The notes beneath the pieces are model-generated. The model was not told the origin of the DNA. It saw only the letters and a list, made by a program, of their open reading frames with translations, and did no database searches. From positions 2,322 through 66,321 of the IMG/VR virus record IMGVR_UViG_2529292920_000018: a DNA stretch of 64,000 bases; one strand, given 5' to 3'. The position numbers were made by a program, and so were the translations under genes. The DNA comes from a virus (taxonomy: Duplodnaviria > Heunggongvirae > Uroviricota > Caudoviricetes). Within the stretch, counting starts at the first letter, position 1. Every line of letters begins with the position of its first letter. Of this stretch, positions 9,484-19,916 are shown piece by piece.

Positions 9484-10910
9484 CAGTTGCCCCCTTTCAG
9501 GGTTAACAGGTATTCCGAGGTGATCTCAGTCTCAAACGTCAGTCGCTCCAGCGGCGGTGGTGGCGTATATTTGTAGCTCAGCAACAGGTGCCCGGCGGCC
9601 AGCTCCGTCTCCGGATTGCGGGCCGGATCAAACCAGCAACGGAAGCCCAGTACCGCACCATCACCAGTCATTTTGCGACCGTAGGCGTTGACCGACTCCG
9701 TCAGTGCATCAATCAGCGCCTGAGTAATCGGCATGTCGATGTACTGCTGGCTGAAATAACGAATGGACTCGTTGATCACATCACCGGTGCGGCGAACGTT
9801 CTCAAAGTTACGCATATGGGTGACCGTTGGCCATGCTGCCGTCCGGTTACCCCACAGACGAAGGCCGCTGCCGTAACTGCTGAATACCGTGGTGATCCCC
9901 TGTTCGTTAAGCAGGTTCACCTCACTCTGCGGGTCATCAATCATCGCGGACAGCTGGCGCTCCACGCCGGTGATCCCCAGAATCTCCTGATTGGAGGATG
10001 ACCACCAGTAGCCCTTGTCCAGATCGACTCTGGCACGCAGACCTGCTGCACGCTGGCTGAGCGGCTCCAGACGCTCTGTGTTTGTCACCGGGTCATATAC
10101 CTTCACATGCGGATAGCACAGACGGACGCGGTCGGAGCTGGTATTGAAGTTGATGGTGCCTTCCGGGCCACGACCTGCCAGAGCCTGTGCAAAGGTGGTA
10201 CCGACAGGCGCATCAATGTAGGTTACCGCGCCCAGCTTCTCTGCCATGGCGATAAGCTCAACTGCGACACTCTTCTGGGTGCAGAACACCGGCGCAATCA
10301 GAATTTTGGCGAAATAGCCGTACAGGTTGAAGCTGTCGTTAAGCAGCTTCATGCCGGTTCGGTTTCCGGCGCTGTTCACCCCGCCGATGATGTCCGCCGC
10401 AGTCACCTTCGACGGGTCCGCGTACTCATAGCTCACCTTCACGCTGCCACCGGCCTCAATAGCCTTGCCCAGGTTCGTGAGCACACCCGCCTGCGCATCA
10501 ACACGGTAGTCCGTGTTCGCCGTGTGGGTGGTGCTGCCTTCACTGTTTTTCACCACCACATTAGCGACAACCGGATGCGCCAGTCTGGCCTGCCCTGTCG
10601 ATTTGTCAAAGGTAACCACCTCATCCTCGATCGCCGTTTTATGTTTCGCCGGGTCGAGGACGTTAATGACCAGAACGGTGCCTGCACCATGGTCATAAAT
10701 CGCATCCAGCGCCTGCGGAATGGTAAAGCCGGTGAACTGGCTGCCAAATGCCGCTGCGTCTTTCTCAGACAGGCACTGTACCAGCGTATTGACATCCCCC
10801 ATCGGGGCGGTACCAATCAGGCCAATAACGGCAGATTTCACCGTTTTAACCGGGCGGGCTCCGTTTTCCACCTCAATGGTTTCGGGACCATGCAGATAGT
10901 TAGCTGCCAT
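9483..10910 (-). CDS. contractile tail sheath protein
   Basis: 475-aa ORF; size and position typical of a tail sheath. Confidence 0.85.
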   Translation of the reverse strand: MAANYLHGPETIEVENGARPVKTVKSAVIGLIGTAPMGDVNTLVQCLSEKDAAAFGSQFTGFTIPQALDAIYDHGAGTVLVINVLDPAKHKTAIEDEVVTFDKSTGQARLAHPVVANVVVKNSEGSTTHTANTDYRVDAQAGVLTNLGKAIEAGGSVKVSYEYADPSKVTAADIIGGVNSAGNRTGMKLLNDSFNLYGYFAKILIAPVFCTQKSVAVELIAMAEKLGAVTYIDAPVGTTFAQALAGRGPEGTINFNTSSDRVRLCYPHVKVYDPVTNTERLEPLSQRAAGLRARVDLDKGYWWSSSNQEILGITGVERQLSAMIDDPQSEVNLLNEQGITTVFSSYGSGLRLWGNRTAAWPTVTHMRNFENVRRTGDVINESIRYFSQQYIDMPITQALIDALTESVNAYGRKMTGDGAVLGFRCWFDPARNPETELAAGHLLLSYKYTPPPPLERLTFETEITSEYLLTLKGGN

Positions 10911-11154
10911 GGGCGTCCTCCGTTTTCACTTCGCTGTCACTGCTGCTTCTGCGCTTTGGTGACTGCACAGCCGGTGTGACGGCGGGTTTAGTCTCTTCAG
11001 GTACCGGCGTCAGATGTTTCAGCGCCACCAGTACCTTCACGTAGTCATGCTCCTCCGGCAGGGAAACCGTCTTCCCCGGCCAGAGCAGGATTTCGGTTCC
11101 GTCCGACAGCGTGACGCCGCTGGCCGGGCCGGAATAGCGGTATTCTTTCATCAC
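10900..11154 (-). CDS. hypothetical Mu-like virion protein
   Basis: 84-aa ORF between head-completion genes and sheath. Confidence 0.4.
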   Translation of the reverse strand: MMKEYRYSGPASGVTLSDGTEILLWPGKTVSLPEEHDYVKVLVALKHLTPVPEETKPAVTPAVQSPKRRSSSDSEVKTEDAHGS

Positions 11155-11615
11155 TCGCTTTCCTCATAGTTCACTTCGGTTAACAGCGGGCCGGACGGTA
11201 AATCGCTGTCTTCGATAAAGACGCTTTCAGTCACGAAGTCGAGGGCGTACTGCCACAGCCCCCTGACTTCACCGATAAACACCTCGCGGGTCAGCCAGAT
11301 ACGGCGGCGGCAGCCGGGCGGGGTGTGGCCACCGAGAATGCGGCGGACAGCATCCAGGACATTAATCGCCCCTTTTTTACCGTTGAGCTGGCGGAAGACC
11401 ACCGTGACGCAGAGCTGGATAGTCTGAGACTGGATCACCGCACCGGTATCATCCGGCCTGTCAAAGCGCGAACCGGCATAGCTCAGCAGCAACGCGCCAA
11501 CCGGATGGTTCAGGCGATATTCAGCCGGTTTCTCCGGGAAGTACTCCACCTGCAGTTGCGGCAGCTTCTCGCGTAACCGGGCCAGTACCGCATCAAGGAC
11601 GGGCAGAACGTTCAT
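11151..11615 (-). CDS. Mu gp37-like head-tail joining protein
   Basis: 154-aa ORF in conserved position after the gp36-like gene. Confidence 0.55.
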   Translation of the reverse strand: MNVLPVLDAVLARLREKLPQLQVEYFPEKPAEYRLNHPVGALLLSYAGSRFDRPDDTGAVIQSQTIQLCVTVVFRQLNGKKGAINVLDAVRRILGGHTPPGCRRRIWLTREVFIGEVRGLWQYALDFVTESVFIEDSDLPSGPLLTEVNYEESE

Positions 11616-12061
11616 CAGTATTTCTCCAGTAAACCGTCACGACCGCCGAAAGTGGCCGGGCGACTGCGTACACGAAACTCGCCAGGCTCAGGCACATCTT
11701 TCTGAGTGGACGGCAGCCCCAGCGTGAGCCTGTTATCACGTAACTCCCTGAGTTGCCGCAGCGCTTCTTTGTGGTCATCCTTCACCGTATCCGGGAGGTC
11801 ACCTTCCGGGCGGCGGGCGTAGAGCCGGTAACGGACCAGCGTGATGGCAATGTCCCGCAGAACAGTCGGTATCTCTGCCAGTGGCAGGATATAGCGTCCG
11901 CGCAGATGGGCATCAATCAGCTCGTCGGCATAGCGGATACAGCTGTCCACCACACGGGTATTCACTGTTGCAGGCGAGTCGAAGTCCATCTCTTCACTGG
12001 TGAGCTCGATAAGCGTCCGCTCCGGCACCTGCGCAAGCAAATCCTCCAGGGTGCAGTACAT
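11615..12061 (-). CDS. Mu gp36-like protein
   Basis: Start reassigned to internal ATG at 12061 (MYCTLEDLLAQV...), which overlaps the stop of the upstream gene in an ATGA arrangement. Confidence 0.55.
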   Translation of the reverse strand: MYCTLEDLLAQVPERTLIELTSEEMDFDSPATVNTRVVDSCIRYADELIDAHLRGRYILPLAEIPTVLRDIAITLVRYRLYARRPEGDLPDTVKDDHKEALRQLRELRDNRLTLGLPSTQKDVPEPGEFRVRSRPATFGGRDGLLEKY

Positions 12062-12062
12062 G

Positions 12063-12401
12063 TCACACCCCGCGCAGGATACGAATGACGTCGCCTTCAC
12101 CCCCGGCTTCATCAAGTGCAATACCACAGGATTTACCGTCGCCGGACTGCGGCACGGCTCTGGCCTGAGCATCTGACTGAACAGCCACACCACGGCTGAC
12201 AGCGGCCCCGGCCTCGACAGCAATAATGCCCAGAACGCTCACCGGCGTGCTGTCGCCGGTAACAGCATCCACTTCGGCAACCCCGAGCGCTGCGGCACCG
12301 GCTTTACAGGGGGTATTATCTGCCCCGACAAAACGCTGCTGTGCCAGTGCTGCCCCTGCCGTTACGGTTGTGATCAGAATGACCTGCTGAGTGGTTCCCA
12401 T
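12063..12401 (-). CDS. hypothetical small head protein
   Basis: 112-aa Ala/Gly-rich ORF directly downstream of major capsid gene. Confidence 0.45.
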   Translation of the reverse strand: MGTTQQVILITTVTAGAALAQQRFVGADNTPCKAGAAALGVAEVDAVTGDSTPVSVLGIIAVEAGAAVSRGVAVQSDAQARAVPQSGDGKSCGIALDEAGGEGDVIRILRGV

Positions 12402-12410
12402 AACGCCTCC

Positions 12411-13364
12411 TTATTTACTGATACCGGTAATGAGATACCCGGCATCGCCACCAACCACGGCGACTTTGTAGATATCGGTATAACGGCAGTACTTCACCTT
12501 GCCACCGGCTCCGTCGTATTTGTCGGCAACAGGCATCCCCTTACGCCGCAGGGTGTAGCCGAAGGACGGCTCGTTCTCGTCCGCGCTGTCCGCCCCCGGC
12601 TGCGGTTTGCCGACATAGTGCAGCATCAGATTGTCTCCCCAGATATCCGCCGGCACGCTGTTCTTATCCATTGCCGCTTTCATGGACGGCAGGGAGACTG
12701 GGGCACCGATGACGATCTCTTCGATCTGAAAGAGGTCCTGCAGGATTTCTTTGGTGATGCGCTTGCGTTCGTTGGCTCCGATGGCGGCCTGAATCGCCGG
12801 GTGGAACTTCAGCAGCGCCATCACGCCGGCCCCCATGGTCATCAGGTTAGGACGCAGCCCCGTGGCCGTACGGACCGCTTCCATACCGGCTTCAATCACC
12901 CCGATGGGGTCCCCCTTACCACCGGCCCAGCGATCACTGGCTGTCAGTTTTTTGACGTGCCCGGTACGGTAGACCTTTTCATCCTGAGCCAGACGGGCAG
13001 CGATAAGTTCACGGCGCAGGTTCACGCCATTCGTGGCGCGACGGATGGCCTTGCTCTCTTCGTTAAACATGGACTCCGCCTGCTCGCGATAGTCCACCGG
13101 CGCAGCCAGATCGTGTTCACCCAGCACCAGGTCCAGCGTGCCTGTTTTTTCACGGACCAGAACATTGCTGTCCGCCCCGACGGCACGCTCGGTGTCATAT
13201 TCCACAAAGGCGGTTTTCCCGAAGGTCGGTACACGCACGCCTTCCTTGTCCGTCAGCACGACGGGGAAAATACGTTCGCCGATGAATGCGGCATTTTTAT
13301 AGCCACGGGCGATACTGGTCAGTACCGGATCAACGACACGTTTACCTTTTAAGTAATCAGACAT
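12411..13364 (-). CDS. major capsid protein (Mu T-like)
   Basis: 317-aa ORF downstream of protease/scaffold in Mu head gene order. Confidence 0.8.
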   Translation of the reverse strand: MSDYLKGKRVVDPVLTSIARGYKNAAFIGERIFPVVLTDKEGVRVPTFGKTAFVEYDTERAVGADSNVLVREKTGTLDLVLGEHDLAAPVDYREQAESMFNEESKAIRRATNGVNLRRELIAARLAQDEKVYRTGHVKKLTASDRWAGGKGDPIGVIEAGMEAVRTATGLRPNLMTMGAGVMALLKFHPAIQAAIGANERKRITKEILQDLFQIEEIVIGAPVSLPSMKAAMDKNSVPADIWGDNLMLHYVGKPQPGADSADENEPSFGYTLRRKGMPVADKYDGAGGKVKYCRYTDIYKVAVVGGDAGYLITGISK

Positions 13365-13378
13365 GCTCTCTCCTTAAA

Positions 13379-14494
13379 TTACAGGCAGCGTGCGACAGCA
13401 GCCTCATAGCTGATGCCTTCTTTTTTGGACAGGGCCACTGCTTTCTGATGCAGGGCCAGACGCTCAGGATCGGCTTCCGCAAACTCTGCCACATCCACCT
13501 TCACCGTGTCGCCGACACGCTCTTTTGTGGCCTGTTCGGCGAAATTCATCACCGGCTCCCCGTCGGAGAGCAATGAACGAAAGGCGGTGGCCAGCGGTGT
13601 GCGGCTTTCCCCCTCAGCAAACTCCACCGGCTTGTCGCCACCGGCAACGGCATCCAGCAGGGCAACCACCACGGAGGAGGCGCGGGGAGCCAGACGGCCC
13701 TCTGCGACCAGTTTTTCTGCAAAGGCCACATTGTCCTTATGCAGTTGCTCCTGTCTGACCTGTGCATCACGCGCATCGCGATCAGCAGCCTGCTGCTTCA
13801 GGCGGCGGTTCTCCTCCTGAAGGGCTTCAATCTCTTCTTTTGTCATCGATGATTCCTCGTTACTTGCGGAAGACGGCCCCGGGCCTGTCTCACTGAATTG
13901 TGCACCTGCTGCATCCTGCGACAGTGTGTCGCGGTACGCCTCTTCGCGCAGACTGTTGAGCTGCCATTCCGGCAGGACTTTTTCTGCCTCGTCCAGACTG
14001 AAGCGGGCGATCAGAAAATCGCGCAGCTTTCCCCACAGGGAGGCATTCGTGATGGCCTGCCAGTCGGCGAACTCCACCACACCTTCTTCCTGCTCACTGA
14101 AGGACACCTGTTTCAGCCCCTTGACGGAAGGTGGCTGTGCCCCGAGAAAGCCCACATGGCGAAGGTAGAGCACGCCGGGCTTCGGATTGGACGGTGAATC
14201 CGGGAGGTAGAAAGAGGCGGACACTTTTTTGAATCGTCCGTCGGTGACCATCTCAGCAAACTGCGGGTCCAGCTGGGCAGGCTCTGCCATCAGATCGACG
14301 CCGCTGAGCGACAGGGCTTTCACCCAGCCCCACGCCGGGTCTTCCGTTCTGGGATGACCAATCACGAGTGGTGCTTCATGGACGGACGGGTCATAGGCTT
14401 TCACGCAGGCGGCAAGATCGTCTGGCGTGAACGGCAGTTTTTTGCCGTGCATATCGGTATGAGTACCGGCTTTAAAAATGTGAATGGCTGACAT
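13379..14494 (-). CDS. head maturation protease / scaffold (Mu I-like)
   Basis: 371-aa ORF with charged coiled-coil C-terminal half typical of I/Z protease-scaffold. Confidence 0.75.
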   Translation of the reverse strand: MSAIHIFKAGTHTDMHGKKLPFTPDDLAACVKAYDPSVHEAPLVIGHPRTEDPAWGWVKALSLSGVDLMAEPAQLDPQFAEMVTDGRFKKVSASFYLPDSPSNPKPGVLYLRHVGFLGAQPPSVKGLKQVSFSEQEEGVVEFADWQAITNASLWGKLRDFLIARFSLDEAEKVLPEWQLNSLREEAYRDTLSQDAAGAQFSETGPGPSSASNEESSMTKEEIEALQEENRRLKQQAADRDARDAQVRQEQLHKDNVAFAEKLVAEGRLAPRASSVVVALLDAVAGGDKPVEFAEGESRTPLATAFRSLLSDGEPVMNFAEQATKERVGDTVKVDVAEFAEADPERLALHQKAVALSKKEGISYEAAVARCL

Positions 14495-14708
14495 TTTGCT
14501 GTCCCGCGTTATGTTGTCGGAGACAGTTTGTGAGAAATGCAGGCCCGGCGATTTTAATCTGCTTTAGAAAACATCAGGGGAGAAGGACAGGGAAAGCAAT
14601 ACGGTGAACCGGAGGCGGTTATAAAACAGAGGCTGTAAAGCCTTTATAAAGGTAATACAGCCCCTCATTCGCTGGCAATGATAAATCACCCGCCTGAAGA
14701 GAGAAAAC

Positions 14709-15167
14709 TCAGCGACGGGCCGCTGATTCAAGATGGCGGACAATGGTATCGAGGATGGGGATTACCACTTCAGGCTGTAGTTCTCCATCCCCCGTCACCG
14801 GCAGGAACGGGCGGGCCGGAAGTTCAACAGACTCATTACGCCCCGTTTTACCCCCGAACTGGTGAATGGCACCGTAAACAACGTTGGTCCCCACAACAGC
14901 CTGCCGGTCGTCATGGTCGGTTGATACTGACCCCATCAGACGCCCGGTATCCTGCAGTGTCTGCCCGTCACGTTCTTCCGCTGCCAGCGAGGGCATCCAC
15001 CCCGGACGCCCCTCATCAAGAAAGTTAAACTGTGTTTCCGCCAGCAGGGTTCCGGCGATTTTGCGCATCGCGGGCTCCAGGTCTGTGGCAGCAAGATCCA
15101 GCGCACGGAGGCTCCGGCGCAGGGATTTATCGTTAATGGTGATACTGACCAGGTTATCGGAAGCCAT
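14709..15167 (-). CDS. virion morphogenesis protein (Mu G-like)
   Basis: 152-aa ORF between F-like and I-like genes. Confidence 0.7.
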   Translation of the reverse strand: MASDNLVSITINDKSLRRSLRALDLAATDLEPAMRKIAGTLLAETQFNFLDEGRPGWMPSLAAEERDGQTLQDTGRLMGSVSTDHDDRQAVVGTNVVYGAIHQFGGKTGRNESVELPARPFLPVTGDGELQPEVVIPILDTIVRHLESAARR

Positions 15168-15169
15168 TG

Positions 15170-15991
15170 TTATCCTCTCAGTTCCTGTTGTGCCAGTGGC
15201 TGAAGCGTACCCTGATAGCGGGCCAGGTCGGGACGGTATGCTGCCCCCGGTGCATAAGACCAGCCGACGTCGGTGGTCACCTTCGTGGTGCCGGTATTAA
15301 AGGTGGCCACGTTCCGCATTTCGCCGGTTTTCTCTGAGACCAGTTTCAGTTCCTGGCCCATGGCAGAGCCGGAGCTGATAACCTTCAGGCCACGGGCACG
15401 TACATCCGCCGCACTCAGGGCAATCACACTACAGCGGCAGCGCCAGCCGTTCGGCGGGTAAAATGCCTGCCAGAACGGGTCATCCCAGCGCAGCACCAGA
15501 CCATGCAGCGCCAGATGGCTCCTGCGGGTATGGCTGTCGTTGATGCCGGTATACATCCAGTACGGCCTGTCGTCGACGTTTTCCATCTGTTCCGCCCAAC
15601 GACCGGCGCTGTAGAGTACGGACATATTGGTGCGAAAGATGGTATCGAGCCGCCACGGACTGCCCTGCTGAATGGTGACCGGCTTACCCGTTACCGGGTC
15701 AGTCGTGTCACGTGGTCCCCACCATCCCTTACGCTTCAGCACCGGCTCCAGCTCCTGCCGGAACCAGCGATCGGTTTTTCCTTCATCGACAGCCTGCTGC
15801 AGTGCCCCGCGAATATCTTCCAGGATATCCAGGCGGGTCACTTTAGCAACGGTAAAGGCGCGGGCATGGGCCTCCTGCCACATTTCTTCCCAGTCCCAGG
15901 TAATCTGATACCCTTTGGACTTCAGGTAACTGACTGCCCGCTTCGGGGGAAGCGTCATGCAGTACGCCAGTTCAGCCGTTGTCACGCTCAT
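15170..15991 (-). CDS. head morphogenesis protein (Mu F / gp30-like)
   Basis: Follows portal; start placed at ATG 15991 (MSVTTAEL...) to minimise overlap with portal. Confidence 0.75.
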   Translation of the reverse strand: MSVTTAELAYCMTLPPKRAVSYLKSKGYQITWDWEEMWQEAHARAFTVAKVTRLDILEDIRGALQQAVDEGKTDRWFRQELEPVLKRKGWWGPRDTTDPVTGKPVTIQQGSPWRLDTIFRTNMSVLYSAGRWAEQMENVDDRPYWMYTGINDSHTRRSHLALHGLVLRWDDPFWQAFYPPNGWRCRCSVIALSAADVRARGLKVISSGSAMGQELKLVSEKTGEMRNVATFNTGTTKVTTDVGWSYAPGAAYRPDLARYQGTLQPLAQQELRG

Positions 15992-17468
15992 GCAGACGTC
16001 CCCGGATATTTGCCACAAAGAGAATACGGGCCAGCCGTTCCTGCAGATCGTCCGTGTTCATCTGAGGGTAGAGCTCCGCCAGTTCGCCCAGCAGCTCAGT
16101 CGGGTTAACCCCGTTTTCGACCCGCTTAAACAGAGGTGCCAGGACGGGTTCCAGCGTGCCATTTAACACACCTCCGTTCATCAGAATGTCCAGCGCGTCG
16201 TCAAGCTGCTGCTGAGCCTGAATATCGGCATCAATCGCCTCGGCAAATGACAGCGGCAGCATGTTATTCTGGCGTTCCGACGGTGGTGTCTCGTCAATAT
16301 CGCCGTCCTGCAGCTGGTACTCACGCTTAAAGTATTGCGGGGTCAGACGCAGACCCGCCCGGGTGAGTTTTTCGTCGCGGGTGGCGCGGGTGTCATCAAT
16401 GGTCTCCTGTTCCCACATGGCCCAGACCGGACACGGCACATCGCCGAAGTTCAGGGTGACCACCGTTCTGATAACCTGATTCACTGCTGCCTGAATGATG
16501 TCCGCATCCGCATCGCGGATATCAGCCGTTACCTCCAGCCCGGCCTGTGCAGAGGCCTTGTTACTGTTCGCTTCCGTGGTCTGATTCTGACCAAGTAATG
16601 CAATGGAGATCTCACTGCGTGACAGTGTGATCAGCTCGCGGAATACCTCGCTGCTGTCCGCCTTACCATCCGCGGCTTTGAGTTCGATGCTGCTGTCATC
16701 GGGGATGGCGGCCACCGCGTCCTCCACCATCTGCTCCATGGAGTCCAGCAGTTTTTCAATCTCTGCATCATTTGCACCCCTCGGGTGCTTACCGATCACC
16801 CACGGGGAGCCAAACTTTTCGGCAAAGCGGAGCCAGAATTTCATCCCGCCTTTCTTGAAGGCGACCGGCCAGAAGCACATGGACAGGTCCGGGAAACCGT
16901 AAGGATTGTCATACGAGGCATCCTGTGCCGGCACCACGAATTTTGACGGTGACAGCAGCTCACCCTCCACACCCGCATCACGCGCCCGGAAGCGCAGGCA
17001 GTTGTCCGTATCAAACTGAAACCACTCAGGCGGTTTGCCGACAATATCCGTCACTGCCCACGCCCTGACCGAACGGCCCCACATGATTTCACAGGGCTGA
17101 TACCCGTAGAGCACGGCATCACTCATCTCACCGATGATGCGGGACAGATCCAGATCGTCGAGCATGTCGCGGATGAAACGGAAGACCCGGGCAGAAGCGT
17201 GACCGCGCTCCAGTCCACGCTCCAGTGATTTGAGCGCTGCTTTACGTCTGCGGATACAGCCCCCGACCAGCGGGTCGGTGCGCAGTTCGCGGTAGATACG
17301 GATATCCCGTCCCTGAGCCTTGAGAATGGGATCAGGATTGGGCAGATACATGCCCAGTCCGTAAAAGTCGATCGCGCGGCTGCGGGAGGCAATCTGCGCG
17401 GTCAGTGATTTCTGAGGCTCAGAAAAAGCAACAAATTCATCGGGTGAAACCCAGATACCCCTCGCCAT
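15972..17468 (-). CDS. portal protein (Mu gp29-like)
   Basis: 498-aa ORF directly after terminase large subunit. Confidence 0.8.
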   Translation of the reverse strand: MARGIWVSPDEFVAFSEPQKSLTAQIASRSRAIDFYGLGMYLPNPDPILKAQGRDIRIYRELRTDPLVGGCIRRRKAALKSLERGLERGHASARVFRFIRDMLDDLDLSRIIGEMSDAVLYGYQPCEIMWGRSVRAWAVTDIVGKPPEWFQFDTDNCLRFRARDAGVEGELLSPSKFVVPAQDASYDNPYGFPDLSMCFWPVAFKKGGMKFWLRFAEKFGSPWVIGKHPRGANDAEIEKLLDSMEQMVEDAVAAIPDDSSIELKAADGKADSSEVFRELITLSRSEISIALLGQNQTTEANSNKASAQAGLEVTADIRDADADIIQAAVNQVIRTVVTLNFGDVPCPVWAMWEQETIDDTRATRDEKLTRAGLRLTPQYFKREYQLQDGDIDETPPSERQNNMLPLSFAEAIDADIQAQQQLDDALDILMNGGVLNGTLEPVLAPLFKRVENGVNPTELLGELAELYPQMNTDDLQERLARILFVANIRGRLHERDNG

Positions 17469-19063
17469 CAGAATCCCTCCAGCATACGGGCCGCCTGACG
17501 ACGACGGCGTGAGCTTGCCTTCACCGGCCCTTTGTTAATTTCACGGCTGGCGAAATACGCCAGCGCCAGTGCGATGGCTGAATCCCCGTGGCGTTTACCA
17601 CCGTCAGCCTTTGCTTTTGAGCGTTGCTCCGGTACGCGGGGGACACCGTTCACCACCTGAACGGCCCGCAGGTCATCCAGTGTGTCTTCATCCTTTGGTA
17701 AGTCCACCAGGTTACCGTCTTCCAGTGCAGCTTTGACCGGAGGCATATGCTCCCGGTACCAGCCTTCGGTTGGCATCACCTGCTGAACCCGGCCGGAGCC
17801 GTAGCGCTGCATGGCGTATTCAGCCAGATAGGCACCATTACCACGGGCATCAAACGCTGCACCCAGCAGACCGGGCAGGCCATCCATCAGATACCAGGTG
17901 ATTTGCTCCTGCTGTCTGAACGGCACGTTACGCAGCTCCAGTACGAATGGCACGCGTCGTACCAGGTTCTTCTCCTGCAGCAGGGGATAGTCCACCGACA
18001 AATCACCGCTACGGCCAAAGTCGCGCCCCAGGAAAGAGCGGGCATCAGTGGGGAGTGCCTCCAGCAAGGGTTTCAGATACTCATCAAGCCAGTCCTGCGT
18101 CTCGCGGAAGCGAACCTCATCAGACAGCAGTTCATAACCTTCCTTGCAGGTCAGACGCAATACCGGCGTATCAGCGGACATGCGGGACTCTATCAGGGCA
18201 CGGGACAGCCAGGCACCGCCACCGTTGGCCGGAATACAGTCAAGCTCTTCGGATGCGCCGGCACCGTAGAATTTGTACACCGATGCCATCCAGGCCTGCT
18301 CGGATGCCTCCGACCATTCCTTCCCGGTGCGCAGACAGACGCGCCGGAACAGCCCCTCAGATACGGCTTCCCGGAAAGTGATGCGATGTATGCTGCCTCC
18401 CTGACGTCCGGCACGGATATCCCCGATAAGTGTATTGAACGGATTGTCGTCACCGTCATGGGTGGAGATAACGCGTACCTTTCCCCCCCAGATAAGCATC
18501 GCCAGCGCCGCTTTCAGCAGTTCGTCCAGTTGCTCATGGAACGCCGCTTCGTCGATAACAATAATACCCTGACGGCCACGCAGGTTAGACGGGCGGCTGG
18601 AGAGCGCAACAATACGAAAGCCGGAGTCAGGAAATTTGATGGTGTAAGTCCTGATGTGTTTGTCGTCGTCGTCCTCTTCCCAGAATCCTTCTTCAATTTC
18701 ACTGGCCGCATAGTTGAATGCCCGTGCCCACATCGCACACGCCTGAATGTATTCGACGGTCATGTCCTGGTTATAAGCGATGTAATACACATTCATCCCG
18801 CCTGCTGGCGCAGAAGAGGCGGCGGTCAGTACGTTATCGGATGCCTCAGCCCATGTAATACCGGTACGACGGCTCTTTTCTATCACCTTAAGCGGAGAGG
18901 TGTCTGCCACCCAGCGCTGCTGGTAAGGCAACAGAACGGGAGGAGCATCCAGCGCCGAGGTATCAGGCAAAACGGGAGCAAGGTTATTCCTCCCGTCCAT
19001 GGGACTCATCCCTTCGGGGCCACCGCCAGCGGCGTTTAAAATCACTCCGGATGATTTTGTCAT
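17468..19063 (-). CDS. terminase large subunit (Mu gp28-like)
   Basis: 531-aa ORF with acidic ATPase-like motifs (IVIDEAAF); position before portal. Confidence 0.8.
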   Translation of the reverse strand: MTKSSGVILNAAGGGPEGMSPMDGRNNLAPVLPDTSALDAPPVLLPYQQRWVADTSPLKVIEKSRRTGITWAEASDNVLTAASSAPAGGMNVYYIAYNQDMTVEYIQACAMWARAFNYAASEIEEGFWEEDDDDKHIRTYTIKFPDSGFRIVALSSRPSNLRGRQGIIVIDEAAFHEQLDELLKAALAMLIWGGKVRVISTHDGDDNPFNTLIGDIRAGRQGGSIHRITFREAVSEGLFRRVCLRTGKEWSEASEQAWMASVYKFYGAGASEELDCIPANGGGAWLSRALIESRMSADTPVLRLTCKEGYELLSDEVRFRETQDWLDEYLKPLLEALPTDARSFLGRDFGRSGDLSVDYPLLQEKNLVRRVPFVLELRNVPFRQQEQITWYLMDGLPGLLGAAFDARGNGAYLAEYAMQRYGSGRVQQVMPTEGWYREHMPPVKAALEDGNLVDLPKDEDTLDDLRAVQVVNGVPRVPEQRSKAKADGGKRHGDSAIALALAYFASREINKGPVKASSRRRRQAARMLEGF

Positions 19064-19605
19064 GTGGCAATCCCCAGAATCTCGCGACGAAGCGCCTGTA
19101 CTGCGTCGCTTGACAGTCCCCCCTTACGGGCAATTTTCTCGGCGTTGCTGGCTGCCTGCTGCGCTCTGGCCCGTACTTCAGACTGGAACTTTTTGAGGTT
19201 GACGGACGCGCGGGACAGCGTAGCCACATTCTTCGCCACCTTCGACAGCAGGGCCACGCGTTCTTTAGGATCGACTTCGCCTTCTTCCGCCTCCTGCAAC
19301 TGGACAATACTCTCGAACAGCTCGGTCTGAATAAGGGCTATCACAGCCTCCGAACGCGCATCCTGATCGTCTGCTGCGCCTTCGGTCAGCATGCGGGCCG
19401 CTTCTGTTGCCGCACGGATAGCACCATAGCGGCGCTCAATCTTCTGTCCATAGCGATGGATAGCGGATTTGCTGATGACGTACCCCCGCTCACGCAGCAG
19501 GGACTCCAGCTCGTTATACCCGCTGAAGCCGGATTCAGTCAGCGCCCGTTCAAGCCAGCGGCGCACATCTTCCGGCAGCTTTTCTATTGTGCTGCGTCTG
19601 GCCAT
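19060..19605 (-). CDS. terminase small subunit-like protein (Mu gp27-like)
   Basis: 181-aa ORF immediately upstream of terminase large subunit. Confidence 0.6.
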   Translation of the reverse strand: MARRSTIEKLPEDVRRWLERALTESGFSGYNELESLLRERGYVISKSAIHRYGQKIERRYGAIRAATEAARMLTEGAADDQDARSEAVIALIQTELFESIVQLQEAEEGEVDPKERVALLSKVAKNVATLSRASVNLKKFQSEVRARAQQAASNAEKIARKGGLSSDAVQALRREILGIAT

Positions 19606-19916
19606 TATTCACTCCAGTACTTTTCCGGGCGGGCAATACCCGGACCACATTCCACGGTGTATTCCACCAGGTCTACGCCGAGGCGGGTCAGGTCAGCAAA
19701 CCAGTCGCCAGAAGGTTTTTTCTCCAGATCAACCATTTTACGGTCAGCCAGATAATCCAGTTCGCGGCGCAGTTCCAGCGGTGTGGTGTCCGGGTAGATG
19801 GCACGGGACACATCCAGCAGCAGCGTCTCGCTGGCGGTGTAAGGGCGGGTCTTGTTCAGGGCAACCAGCAGACTCCAGCGCAGGGATTCGCGGCGTACCC
19901 GGGTAATATCGACCAT
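19605..19916 (-). CDS. Mu gp26-like protein
   Basis: 103-aa ORF in conserved position. Confidence 0.45.
   Translation of the reverse strand: MVDITRVRRESLRWSLLVALNKTRPYTASETLLLDVSRAIYPDTTPLELRRELDYLADRKMVDLEKKPSGDWFADLTRLGVDLVEYTVECGPGIARPEKYWSE

Noticed and set aside
17747-19039. Long plus-strand ORF (430 aa) and many other plus-strand ORFs between 250 and 21500
   Set aside because: They lie antisense to well-supported minus-strand structural genes and have low-complexity Arg/Pro/Gly-rich translations typical of shadow ORFs in GC-rich coding DNA.
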